In this document: positions 29,232-38,678 of the stretch, one piece after another | Layout: each line of letters starts with the position of its first letter | Position numbering within the stretch: the stretch's first letter is position 1 | Translations under genes and position numbers: made by a program | The notes under the pieces: generated by a model | Told to the model about the DNA's origin: nothing | The model's input: only the letters and a program-made list of their open reading frames with translations | Databases searched by the model: none | Virus record (IMG/VR): IMGVR_UViG_3300032235_000623 | Location: 32,001 to 96,000 of that record | Reading direction: 5' to 3' (one strand) | DNA: 64,000 nt | Source: a virus

Positions 29232-30199
29232 TCATACTGGAAGAAGTTCGTCCGAATACTTTTCACAGAATGCGGACAGGTCCATGGTAAATAAAGCCTC
29301 ATTCTTCATTCCACGTACCTTGTTTGACTGATTCCTAAAGTCATCTTGCTCATGAAGACTAAAGGTTTGGTCCTTCCAATTAATTACAGGAATCTTGTGC
29401 TCATTGTCTGATAGAGAGTTGACCTGTAGACCCCAGCCAGTCTCCATATTCCATTGGTCACCAATTAGACGTGATGTAGCAATGCGTGTTGCATATGAAT
29501 CATCGTTCCAACGTGCTCGTGCATGGACTACAGCATCCGCTAAATTCTTTAGCATGTCATAGCCAGCCCAGTGTCCGTATAGTACAATTGTCTCTCCGCT
29601 ATCCTGTACGAATACGAAGTTTGCTCTGTTACCCATTTTATTCCGCCGTTTCTAGTTGAGGTGTTTCTTCTGTCTTATTCAATTCTATAATTTCATATGA
29701 CACCTTGTCAAGTGCCTCTTTATTTTTATTGTAGTGGTGCCCGCAGAAAGCTAGCTCGCCTTCTACTAATTTAATTAAATACATAGCTTGGGCGGACCCA
29801 CATTGGTCGCAGCCAATCCATCTATTTAAATCGTCTGTGCTCATATATTATTCTCTTCGATCATATCAGCAAGACGGTCAAGCAACCAGGTATCGATATC
29901 GTTAATATCAATCTCTCGTAACTTTTCTATGATTTCTTCACGAGCAAATTTATACCCGTCATCAAATCCATCTTTATAATCTGACATATTATCTCCTAAT
30001 AACCTGTTGTTTCATATTCGCTAAAATAAGTTTCAGTTAAGTTAAACTTATCTCTAATGCGACTTACTTTCTCAATACTACCAGTTCCAATGTTGAAAGT
30101 CAACGGTCCAATTAGTTGAGGGTCAAGTCCAGTTATCTCGGCATCCCAGAAGGCCCTTTGCAGGGCCAACTGAGATGGAGCGGTGAGTTCAAAATACAT
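29232..30199 (-). CDS. small hypothetical proteins (29232..29636, 29638..29844 Cys/His-rich, 29996..30199)
   Basis: ORF track, coupled starts. Confidence 0.7.
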
Positions 30200-30855
30200 T
30201 AGTAAGCCTCACGAACATGGCAGACTTCTTGCTCATCAATAACGATGTTGCCATCCTGTGCATCGACATATAGCGCATCTGTAATTTCTGATTCAAGGTC
30301 ATAATCTTCTAATAGATTTAGTGTAATTGTTCCGCTAACTTCAACAGTTGCGGTAAATTCCACATCCTTGGTTAATTCAATGCCAAGCGCTTCAGCAATT
30401 GACTGCAAAGTATCTTGGTCGTCTGAATCAGCATATGACTCAAGAATAATATCTTTAACTGTATTAATCTTAGACTGAAGCAGGCTAACAGTTTTCTGTG
30501 ACTGTCGTCCATTGTGCAGGTCCCACTCAAGAGATGCAACCTTTGATGTTGTATATTCAGGGTCAGAATATCCGTGAATAACTTTATATGTAACTAGTAA
30601 ATCAGGATTGTAAGCAACTGCAGGTGAATGAAATGCATCTGAGCCAATTGTTGTTGTTTCCATCGTTTCCTCTTTCGTTGTAGTTATAGGTGGTATTGTA
30701 GCATCTTCCACTGACAATAATGTGCAATTAGAGTTGCAACGACATGTGAGGTCCATCACACCCGCTGGCCATCCATATCCATCTTTAATTGTATATTCGA
30801 TTAAAGCATCACAGTCTCCCGTGCATACCCAGGTGTATTTCTGATATGTTGTCAT
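30199..30855 (-). CDS. hypothetical protein with internal in-frame promoter/RBS/start at 30663
   Basis: Leaderless-type start 30855; second cassette 30695-30716 inside frame. Confidence 0.65.
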   Translation of the reverse strand: MTTYQKYTWVCTGDCDALIEYTIKDGYGWPAGVMDLTCRCNSNCTLLSVEDATIPPITTTKEETMETTTIGSDAFHSPAVAYNPDLLVTYKVIHGYSDPEYTTSKVASLEWDLHNGRQSQKTVSLLQSKINTVKDIILESYADSDDQDTLQSIAEALGIELTKDVEFTATVEVSGTITLNLLEDYDLESEITDALYVDAQDGNIVIDEQEVCHVREAY

Positions 30856-30980
30856 GGCGAGTATTGTACAGGACCCCACTGACATTTACAAGGATTTTCG
30901 GGAAAAAGCTTTGTGATACGTAACACATTTTTTTGGCCTTCAGATCTGGGGGCATCTCATTATCTGAGATTCAAATCTTG

Positions 30981-31054
30981 CGATCTGTATGGGACTTGAA
31001 CCCACGACCTCTACCGTGACAGGGTAGCGCTCTAACCAACTGAGCTAACAGACC
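30981..31054 (-). tRNA. tRNA-Asp(GUC)
   Basis: GGTCTGT/ACAGATC, loop CTGTCAC, TTCAAGT. Confidence 0.93.
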
Positions 31055-31095
31055 AAATGGTGAGCAGTTTTAAATCTTGCTCAGGATTTTATTAT

Positions 31096-32103
31096 TTAGA
31101 AGGCTTTAACCAACTTCATAATTTTATTTTTTTCTGCAGTTAAGATTGGGTCAAAACCGCTTGCACCCGCCATTAGGGATTCAGAATTTCCACGTGATGT
31201 GCGGAAATAATCTAGACGTTCAGTTAGCGCATTGAATGCACCCCACTTTGTGCCCTTGATATTAGCGTTAGTTGGTGAGTTATGATACAAGTCATCAAGA
31301 AGAACAACTTTGTTTTCCCACTTTGTGAGAGCAATTTTAGATGCATCTTCTTTTGGCTTTGGATAAATTGTCTGAATCAACTTTGAAAATTCGGCGTTAG
31401 TAATCTCTTGCTTGAAGAGTTCCTGCGCTTCTTTTTCAAATTCATCAAAGTAACCAAGTGCAAGACCAAGAGTCTCACGAGCAACTTGAATGCGACCTTC
31501 TACAGATTGCGTGTGGCGAATCTTGAAAGATTGCTTTGCATTACGCATTGCAAGATTCAAAGTGTTTTGGCATACAACACGAACAGGGGTAATTGCTGCT
31601 TGAACAGCAACAGAACCGTCGTGTGATGTCCATACAATTAAATAAAGTTTAGTTGCATCGTTAGCGCCTTGTGGGTCAAGCACCATTGTGCGAGGAATAT
31701 CCACAGTGCCGAAAACAACTTTGCCCTTTTTCAATGAGCCAGCAGATTCCCAACGGCAGTCAGCGTTGGCATCATGAATTGCATCAGCGAATGCAAACAA
31801 TTCTTCATTCTGCACAGGCTTGTAGCGCTTTCCAACAGTTGCAAGAACATCAGTCCCGCCATTGAATGGATTAGTGCGAACAACTAAAGATGAATTTGAA
31901 ACATCGTTCCAAGATTCGTCAATGTGATTTGTGATTGGAGATAAACGAACATCCCAATTTGCTAACTTTGCTTCTTCAAGCATTGTTGCAGTTGTAACTT
32001 CCTCATCTTGTGAGAAGATACGATTTGCAAGGTTGTGCCATGCAGGAGCGCCACGAAGAGCAAATGCAACTTCGCCGTTTTCGACTTCGAGATTGTGAGC
32101 CAT
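31096..32103 (-). CDS. DUF932/DUF945-family (TIGR03299-like) phage protein
   Basis: PAWH.L, VG.RY.PVQN, SHDGS, TPVRVVCQNTL, WGAFNALTE; start MAHNLE after CGAAAGGA. Confidence 0.85.
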   Translation of the reverse strand: MAHNLEVENGEVAFALRGAPAWHNLANRIFSQDEEVTTATMLEEAKLANWDVRLSPITNHIDESWNDVSNSSLVVRTNPFNGGTDVLATVGKRYKPVQNEELFAFADAIHDANADCRWESAGSLKKGKVVFGTVDIPRTMVLDPQGANDATKLYLIVWTSHDGSVAVQAAITPVRVVCQNTLNLAMRNAKQSFKIRHTQSVEGRIQVARETLGLALGYFDEFEKEAQELFKQEITNAEFSKLIQTIYPKPKEDASKIALTKWENKVVLLDDLYHNSPTNANIKGTKWGAFNALTERLDYFRTSRGNSESLMAGASGFDPILTAEKNKIMKLVKAF

Positions 32104-32281
32104 ATTTTTTCCTTTCGGTTGATTGATTTGGCAATTATAGCAGGGGGGTCTGACATTGTAAAGGATTAAAGATAAGATGTCCGAATTGTCTAACGTGATC
32201 AATCTCACAAAATTTTGGGAGTTTTCCACAGCTCGTCGTAAGCCTGTGGATAACCCCTCAGTTGTTGCGGGCACAATTTGA

Positions 32282-32305
32282 GGGGCGGGAAAAAGATCCC
32301 GCCCC
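32282..32305 (-). terminator. GC-rich hairpin terminator
   Basis: GGGGCGGGA..TCCCGCCCC just after stop of 32311..32568. Confidence 0.6.
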
Positions 32306-32310
32306 AAGCT

Positions 32311-34305
32311 TTAAACTAGTCCCAACTCTTCAGAAGTTAGTTTATATTTATTGTGTTTGTTTACTGTTTCCATTGGTAGAAAGATTGCTAGCGTCTTCTG
32401 CTTCTTCTTATTATCATAAACATAAGCACGAACAGTGCCAGCAAATCTACGTAGGTTTGAGAATACCATTTCAGATAGATATTCTCTATTTACTCCCTCA
32501 TCAGAATAAATAGTTAAATCATTTGCTTTGTTATCATCATAGATTTCAACTCTAAAACGATTTTTCATTTGATTACTTTCTGTTAGTAGTTATTTTGGTT
32601 GAGCAGTTTAGCACTTGACTTACTCAGGTCAGGGTTCTTTTGCTTTAGAGTATTCTAACATAGGGGGCTAGTTTTGTCTAGCCCCCATTTTATTAGAGAT
32701 ACTTAGCAATTTGCTTCATAGTAGAAGCATTTACTGTTTCCTCATCTGTCATCTTGAGAATTGTTAGGGCATTTGTGATGTCCTCTACAATTTCATTGTA
32801 TGTGTGTTGGTGCATGATTGTGAAATCACGCTCAGGCTCTTTAGGGAAATCGCTTTCCTTTACAATTAAATCAAAATCAACATTGAGAGAGTTGTTCCAA
32901 GAGCGATAGTTTGTGCGGAAGTTTTCAGCCTTCTTGATGTTTGCAATAGCAAAATCCTGAACTTCCTTACGCCACTTTTCTCTTGACTTCTCATACTTCG
33001 CTTCGTTTGCACCCTGCTCAGCATAGTCTTTCTTGATTGTTGCCAACTTTGTTTCCAAAGCCTTGATTACCTTTGGTGTTGCCACCTTTACTGTGATTGC
33101 TCTTGACATAGTTTTTCCTTTTCTATTTGGTTGAGGTTTTAGTATAACATAGGGGTCTGACAAACCCCGTAGGGTGAGAGTTCTTACTTACGACATTGGG
33201 CGAGAACACTCTCTAAACTGCCCCTGTTTCGATTTACTTACTCAGCGTATGCAGAAGTCCAACGCTCTGTGCCATTTACATCTAGCAAGATACGATTAAC
33301 TCCGCTTGGGTGATTATCAACCGCTTTGATAATACCTGTGATACCGCTTGCTGTTGTTGTGTATGTCTGACCGATTTCCATTTGTTTCTCCTTTGTTTGT
33401 TTGTTGGTAGTATTATAGCCTATGCCACTGACATTTTTAGTCTTCTTCGGTGTAATCTTCCTCACACCAGGCGCTTAGGTGGTGCTGTTCAATAATTGCC
33501 CAGGCAGGCGCTGTATCCATGCCTCGATAAGATACTCCTTCAGGCATTGAGATTTCACGATTTAGATCGTCTTCCCAGTATGCATCTATAGCATCTATGC
33601 AAGGTTGCACCATTGATAGCGGGACGGGTGGATAGTGATTACCCTGTAAGTGATAACCAATTGAAGCTTCTAGGCTTAAGCCCAATTCATCTGTTGCTAA
33701 TTCATAAGCAAGATTACTTCCCATTTATAACCTCGTTTCCAATAGTTTCCATTTCGTCAATAGACTCCATAAGTTCTTTTACTTGACTTTCGGTAAGTAG
33801 AATTTTAGTTGCCTTATCTACTGCAAGGCTAGCGATAGCGCATGAGTAAAGATAAATTCCTTTAGCAAATTCTTCATTACTCATTTCGTTATGATTATGT
33901 GTTAGGTATCCAGCAAGCCCCATAACTTCTTCGTCCATTATAGAGTCGCTAGTTGCTTCGATTAGAGCATAAGCGGTTGATAGCATTTTTTCCCTTTCGT
34001 TTGTTTTATGGAATTATAGCAGGTGGGTCTGACAAGCAGACCCACCCTATCAATTATGCTAGGGCTATGTAAGCCTGAGAGTAGCCTTCATTTACACGGT
34101 CAAGTTCATCCTGAATTTCAGACTTAGACATTAGAGAAACTTTGCCGATTAACTCACGAATAGCGCCTTCGTTCATCTGATTAAAGATAGCGGTTGGCAT
34201 TTTGCTTACTTGCTGATACATTGAACCTTCGATATCCAGTTTAGATACGAATTCTACGCCATCAACTGTGAATGGAAATAATGCCCATCTAGTCATATCT
34301 TTCAT
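32311..34305 (-). CDS. small hypothetical proteins (32311..32568, 32693..33109, 33238..33381, 33437..33724, 33714..33986, 34054..34305)
   Basis: Most have their own promoter copy and RBS. Confidence 0.7.
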
Positions 34306-34485
34306 TGTTTTACCTTTCGTTTGTGTTATGCGAGTATTATAGCGGAATGCTCTGACAAATCATAATCCATTTACGGCGTGTCGCAGCTTTTGTGATAAAC
34401 CTCACAAATTTTCAGGGTTTTCCACAGGTACCCGTAAATTGTGGATAACCCCCACGCCTTTGCGGGCATTTAGTTGAAATTTCAA

Positions 34486-36861
34486 CTAATTAAAAAATGG
34501 AGCTACAAGATCACAATAAGTTTTTAAATATTTTTCTTTTTTGTGTTTTGTTTTGCGTGTGTATTTTTTCTTTGAGGGGATCGGAGTCGCCGCATTACTG
34601 CGGCGCAACTCCTGAACCTTCTTTACTTTTTCTGTTGCCATTTTATCCTCTCGAATTAAAACTAGGAACTTGATAACCACTCGCCTCATGAAATTTTGTT
34701 ACGTTAAAATTTGGATTTTCTTTTGCACACAATTCTGAAAAATCTAAAACCATTTTAGAAAAAACAGCGGGATGAGTTTTGTTAGAATTATACTTAAGAA
34801 TTTCAGCGATAGCCTCGAAGTGCTTGCGTGTCATTGTCATACTGTTACAACCTTTCGTCCTTCACGATAGAAAATTTTTGTGTAGCATTTTGCAGATGGT
34901 GTAAAGATATTTACAGTTGAGTATTCGTTAGCGAAACCCCAATCTGTGAAAGCAAAAAAATCTTTCCATGCTGCCATTTCATCATCATATTCATGAGACC
35001 AATGCGGAGCATTTGAATCATAAGCCAAAGTAATTTTATACATTAGATATTCCAATCGTCTAGAGCACACTCACACGCTTCTACATCATAATTATTTTCA
35101 TCTCCCCAAAATAGGAAACCTGCACCACCGCACTCATCACAAGCAACGGCAATAATTTCTTTTAAGTCTGACATTAGTTTTCCTTTCGTTCTGTTGTTGA
35201 AATTGTAGCAGATAGCACCGACAAGGCTTCGGATTTGCTTGCTTGGCGTGTCGCTAGGATATGAGCCTTAAATTCTTCTAGGTTCATTAGAGAGCACCTT
35301 CCTGAAATAACTCGATTTCGATATCTAACTTTTTTTCATCTGATAATTCATCGAACGAAACCCAGCCTGCGCCTTCTTCGTCCATTTTAAAAAATTCAAT
35401 GTATCCCATTATTATTCACCTACCTTTACTGCAACTGTTCGGAAAGTTGTGCGGAAAGAGTTTTTAGGTTGAACCTCGACAAGATAAGAATCGCAACCTT
35501 CATACCAAACCGCTTTAGGGTGAGGTTCTGCGTTAATGATAATTCCCTCAAGAGTCTTTGAGAAATATTGCTTACCTACTAAGAGGTTCTGGACTGAATA
35601 TACATTTGCTGACATGGTGTCCGCCTTTCGTTTGTTTCTATATCTGGAATTATACACGAACGGACTGACATTTTCCAATTTGGCAAGGGTTTGTCTCAAT
35701 ATGTGGAGCGTGGGCTATGTGATAAGCATCACACGCCTAATGTGATAACCATCACACCAAAATGTCCGTTTTGTCTGTCAAATCGACACGCCGTAGAATT
35801 TGGGGCTTTTGATAACGATTACGTAACGACACGCCCGACGCCGCAGTATTTGCGGGCCAGCTTGATTTTGTCAAGTCGACACGCCGTTAGTTAGCGAAAA
35901 TCTTTTATGACTTCCCTCACATCTTGTTTTAATTCGTGCCACATCATGCGCCCCATATATAGGGCGGGGATCGCAAGGGCTAATTGTACTAGTGTGGTTA
36001 GTAGTCTATTCATTACTTATCTCCAAACATATCGAAAACTTCATCTAGTTGTTCATCTGTTAAGTGGTCAATACTAATAGCCTTAGTAAATCCGAACACA
36101 TCTTCTTCTTCTGCCATTAGATTTTCATACATTTCTTCTTCTGCTAGGTGTGCGTACTGGTCGCTTACATCTGCTTGAATAGTATCCCATTTAGTCATCA
36201 TTACTTATTTACCTCTACTTCTCTAACGATAAAGGAAAACCCTTTACCTAATTTGTTTAGTTCTTCAATTACGGCTAAGATTTCTTCGGGCTTATTAGCC
36301 TTGTTATTAACGCTTAGTAGTTGAGAGCCTTGCCATAGTGAGTAAGTGATAGTCATTCGTTTTCTTCTTTCGTTAGTTTGTTTAATAAGATTAAGGTACT
36401 ACATAGGGCTGACATTTGCAACCCTAAAGGGGGTGTGTTGCGTGTGAGTTACCTCACAGGCAGTTTATACACTCACAACCCTTAGAGCGGATAAGGTAGG
36501 CTAACACCTCTTTACGGGTATAAGCGTCTAGACCATAGGAGGACTTAACGCCTCCATTGTGGTATTCATGCACGATAGTGCTAAATAGTGTTTCTGTTAG
36601 TTGAGTCATTTGTGACTCCTTTCGTTTATTTATTAGGATAATCTTTTCATACTTATTTAATTTTTTCAAGTCTATTTGGTGTGGTGTCTATCACACTAGG
36701 CTAGGGGACTTATCGTAGGTGTAGCCTACGCCTGTCTCATAGTATGCGAACATCTGTTCGGTTTTATGAGTTCTATCTACTGTGCAGAACATGTCCTGCG
36801 GTTCGCCTGTCCAATTACAGGAGAGGCACTTACTTACTAGGTGTGATAATACTTTTGTCAT
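34486..36861 (-). CDS. small hypothetical proteins (34486..34641, 34643..34840, 34837..35043, 35412..35615, 36013..36201, 36454..36609, 36691..36861 and shorter ones)
   Basis: RBS cassettes and coupling. Confidence 0.65.
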
Positions 36862-37200
36862 TTTCTGACCTTTCTAGTTAATCACCTTGATTAACTTTCT
36901 TTATACTATAATCATATAACGGGGGTCTGACAAAAATCAAGTCGCAACACGGATAAATCGGACATTTTGAAAACTAATTTCAAAAAACCCTGTGATATGC
37001 CTCACAAACATGGGCGCACTATCCGAAATGTCCGAATTTCTACAGGTGTGTATCATACAAATAAAAAATTTATTAACATTTTTAGAAATCTGATTTTGCA
37101 GCTGATCGCAAAAACGCAAAATTCAAAAAAATATTTTTATTAACATTTCATAAACTTGAAATATCAGTTGACTAGAATTTAATTGATATATAATAGATAC

Positions 37201-37938
37201 ATGTCACTTACAGAAACAATATACACAAGAATCGACGGGTTCATAAACGATCTGCCAATCTACTTTTTAAATCACGGTTACTCTCCAGCATACTCAGAGT
37301 TTGAAGGTGTGCAATTTAAGCATCAGCTCAGCCTATACAAGAAGACTATCGATGGACTATCTCTGGACAATAAGTCTATTTTAGAAGTTGGCTGTGGAAG
37401 AGGCGGTGGATCAAAATGGATCTCAGATACATATAATGTAAACATGTATGGATGTGATATAACTCCAGTACATATAGCTGTGTGTAAGAAAAATGAAAAG
37501 GAAAACTTACAATACACTGTTGCAAATGCAGATGAATTGCCATACAAGGCAGAATCTATGGATGTCATATTTTCAATAGAAGCATCTCAAGCATTTCAAG
37601 ATCTAAAAGCATTTTTTGAAAAAGCATTTAACATACTAAAGAGTGATGGAAAAATAATAATTGTCGACATGTACCCTATTAGCAATGTTGATCGAAATAA
37701 GATGATGCGGGATTTAGATACTTATAAAGACATAGCTTCACTTTGGTTTAAAGATGTCGAAATTGAAATTATTACAGATAATGTTAAGCAAGCTTTGCTA
37801 GAAGATACACAGTTAATGAAAAACTATATTAAAGACGATAAGGTTTCATTCTTTGCTGTAGAAAATGCTAAAGACTCATATAGCAGATATGCTAATTCAG
37901 ATATCGGATATTTTAAGTTAACTGGAAATAAAATTTAA
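37201..37938 (+). CDS. class I SAM-dependent methyltransferase
   Basis: FLNHGY, LEVGCGRGGG, A..LP, LK.DG. Confidence 0.9.
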   Translation: MSLTETIYTRIDGFINDLPIYFLNHGYSPAYSEFEGVQFKHQLSLYKKTIDGLSLDNKSILEVGCGRGGGSKWISDTYNVNMYGCDITPVHIAVCKKNEKENLQYTVANADELPYKAESMDVIFSIEASQAFQDLKAFFEKAFNILKSDGKIIIVDMYPISNVDRNKMMRDLDTYKDIASLWFKDVEIEIITDNVKQALLEDTQLMKNYIKDDKVSFFAVENAKDSYSRYANSDIGYFKLTGNKI

Positions 37939-38250
37939 TTACCTATTGACTACTGAATTTTTTTAGTGTTATACTTCATACTGGTTTGTGGGGGCTTACA
38001 CTGGGAACTCAGTTATACTAAGTGTCGCTTCTCTCTATTCTCAACATTGTAGCAATTTTTTCAATGGGGGGAAAGGGGGGCTTTCCTAAAAATCATAGTT
38101 GCCTAAGTATCTATATAATACATATAAGATATATCTATAATTATAGTCAACTGAAATATTAAATGATATACTAATAACATGAAACTCATACTGACAATAG
38201 GAATCGTAGCTATCATTGTCCATATATGCGGATTACTAATCCAACTATAT

Positions 38251-38325
38251 GGACCACTAGCTTAATCAGGTTAAAGCAATTGTCTTATATACAATCGAGT
38301 TTCGGTTCAAATCCGAAGTGGTCTA
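38251..38325 (+). tRNA. tRNA-Ile(UAU)
   Basis: GGACCAC/GTGGTCT, ATTGT-CTTATAT-ACAAT, TTCAAAT. Confidence 0.85.
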
Positions 38326-38374
38326 CAAATAAAACGGGGGGATTCAGAGATATCATCTCTGGTCTAAATAACCC

Positions 38375-38638
38375 ATGCTAGAGAAAAGGCTTCTAATGGG
38401 GTTTATAGACCTTAGTACCAATAAGTCCACATATGGACTACCAAATGAGATCCTTCTAGTCCAAGAGGCTTTGAAAGCCTTTACTGACTATATCGAATCT
38501 AAATTGTCAGAATGTGACCAAGTAGAGTATAATGAGGATAGAATATGCGACCTAACTTGGAAGCATGATGATTGTAGAGTATTAATGGATATTCTATTTG
38601 ATCTCACATTAGAGGAAAAGTATAGGAGTAAATGGTAA
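38375..38638 (+). CDS. hypothetical protein
   Basis: ORF track. Confidence 0.55.
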   Translation: MLEKRLLMGFIDLSTNKSTYGLPNEILLVQEALKAFTDYIESKLSECDQVEYNEDRICDLTWKHDDCRVLMDILFDLTLEEKYRSKW

Positions 38639-38678
38639 ATGGTCTCTTCTACTTCCGCCGCACTTTTTTCGCACTTCA

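Larger units (their letters stand above)
32222..34448. promoter_or_regulatory. two inverted pairs of DnaA boxes
   Basis: TTTTCCACA 32222 / TGTGGATAA 32245; TTTTCCACA 34418 / TGTGGATAA 34440. Confidence 0.7.
25755..36932 (-). other. pre-early/host-takeover region of ~30 small minus-strand genes (candidate long terminal repeat)
   Basis: Opposite strand to flanks, tiny ORFs, repeated promoter/RBS cassettes, non-coding motif arrays at both ends. Confidence 0.65.
26192..36932 (-). promoter_or_regulatory. dispersed promoter family TGTCRG-N10-TAYAAT (13 clear copies)
   Basis: 26192, 27269, 28854, 30695, 30863, 32134, 33141, 33412, 34013, 34336, 35202, 35649, 36911; weaker at 36393 and 32652. Confidence 0.85.
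28894..37006. promoter_or_regulatory. CRP/GlxR-type boxes TGTGA-N6-TCACA (5 perfect, 5 one-off)
   Basis: Perfect: 34391, 35718, 35741, 36443, 36991; one mismatch: 28894, 28983, 30912, 32194, 36680. Confidence 0.75.

Noticed and set aside
32104-32307. N-terminal extension of the DUF932-like ORF
   Set aside because: Covers promoter, CRP and DnaA boxes; the RBS supports a start at 32103.
35691-35894. Plus-strand 67-aa ORF
   Set aside because: Coincides with the densest regulatory motif cluster and opposes the local gene direction.
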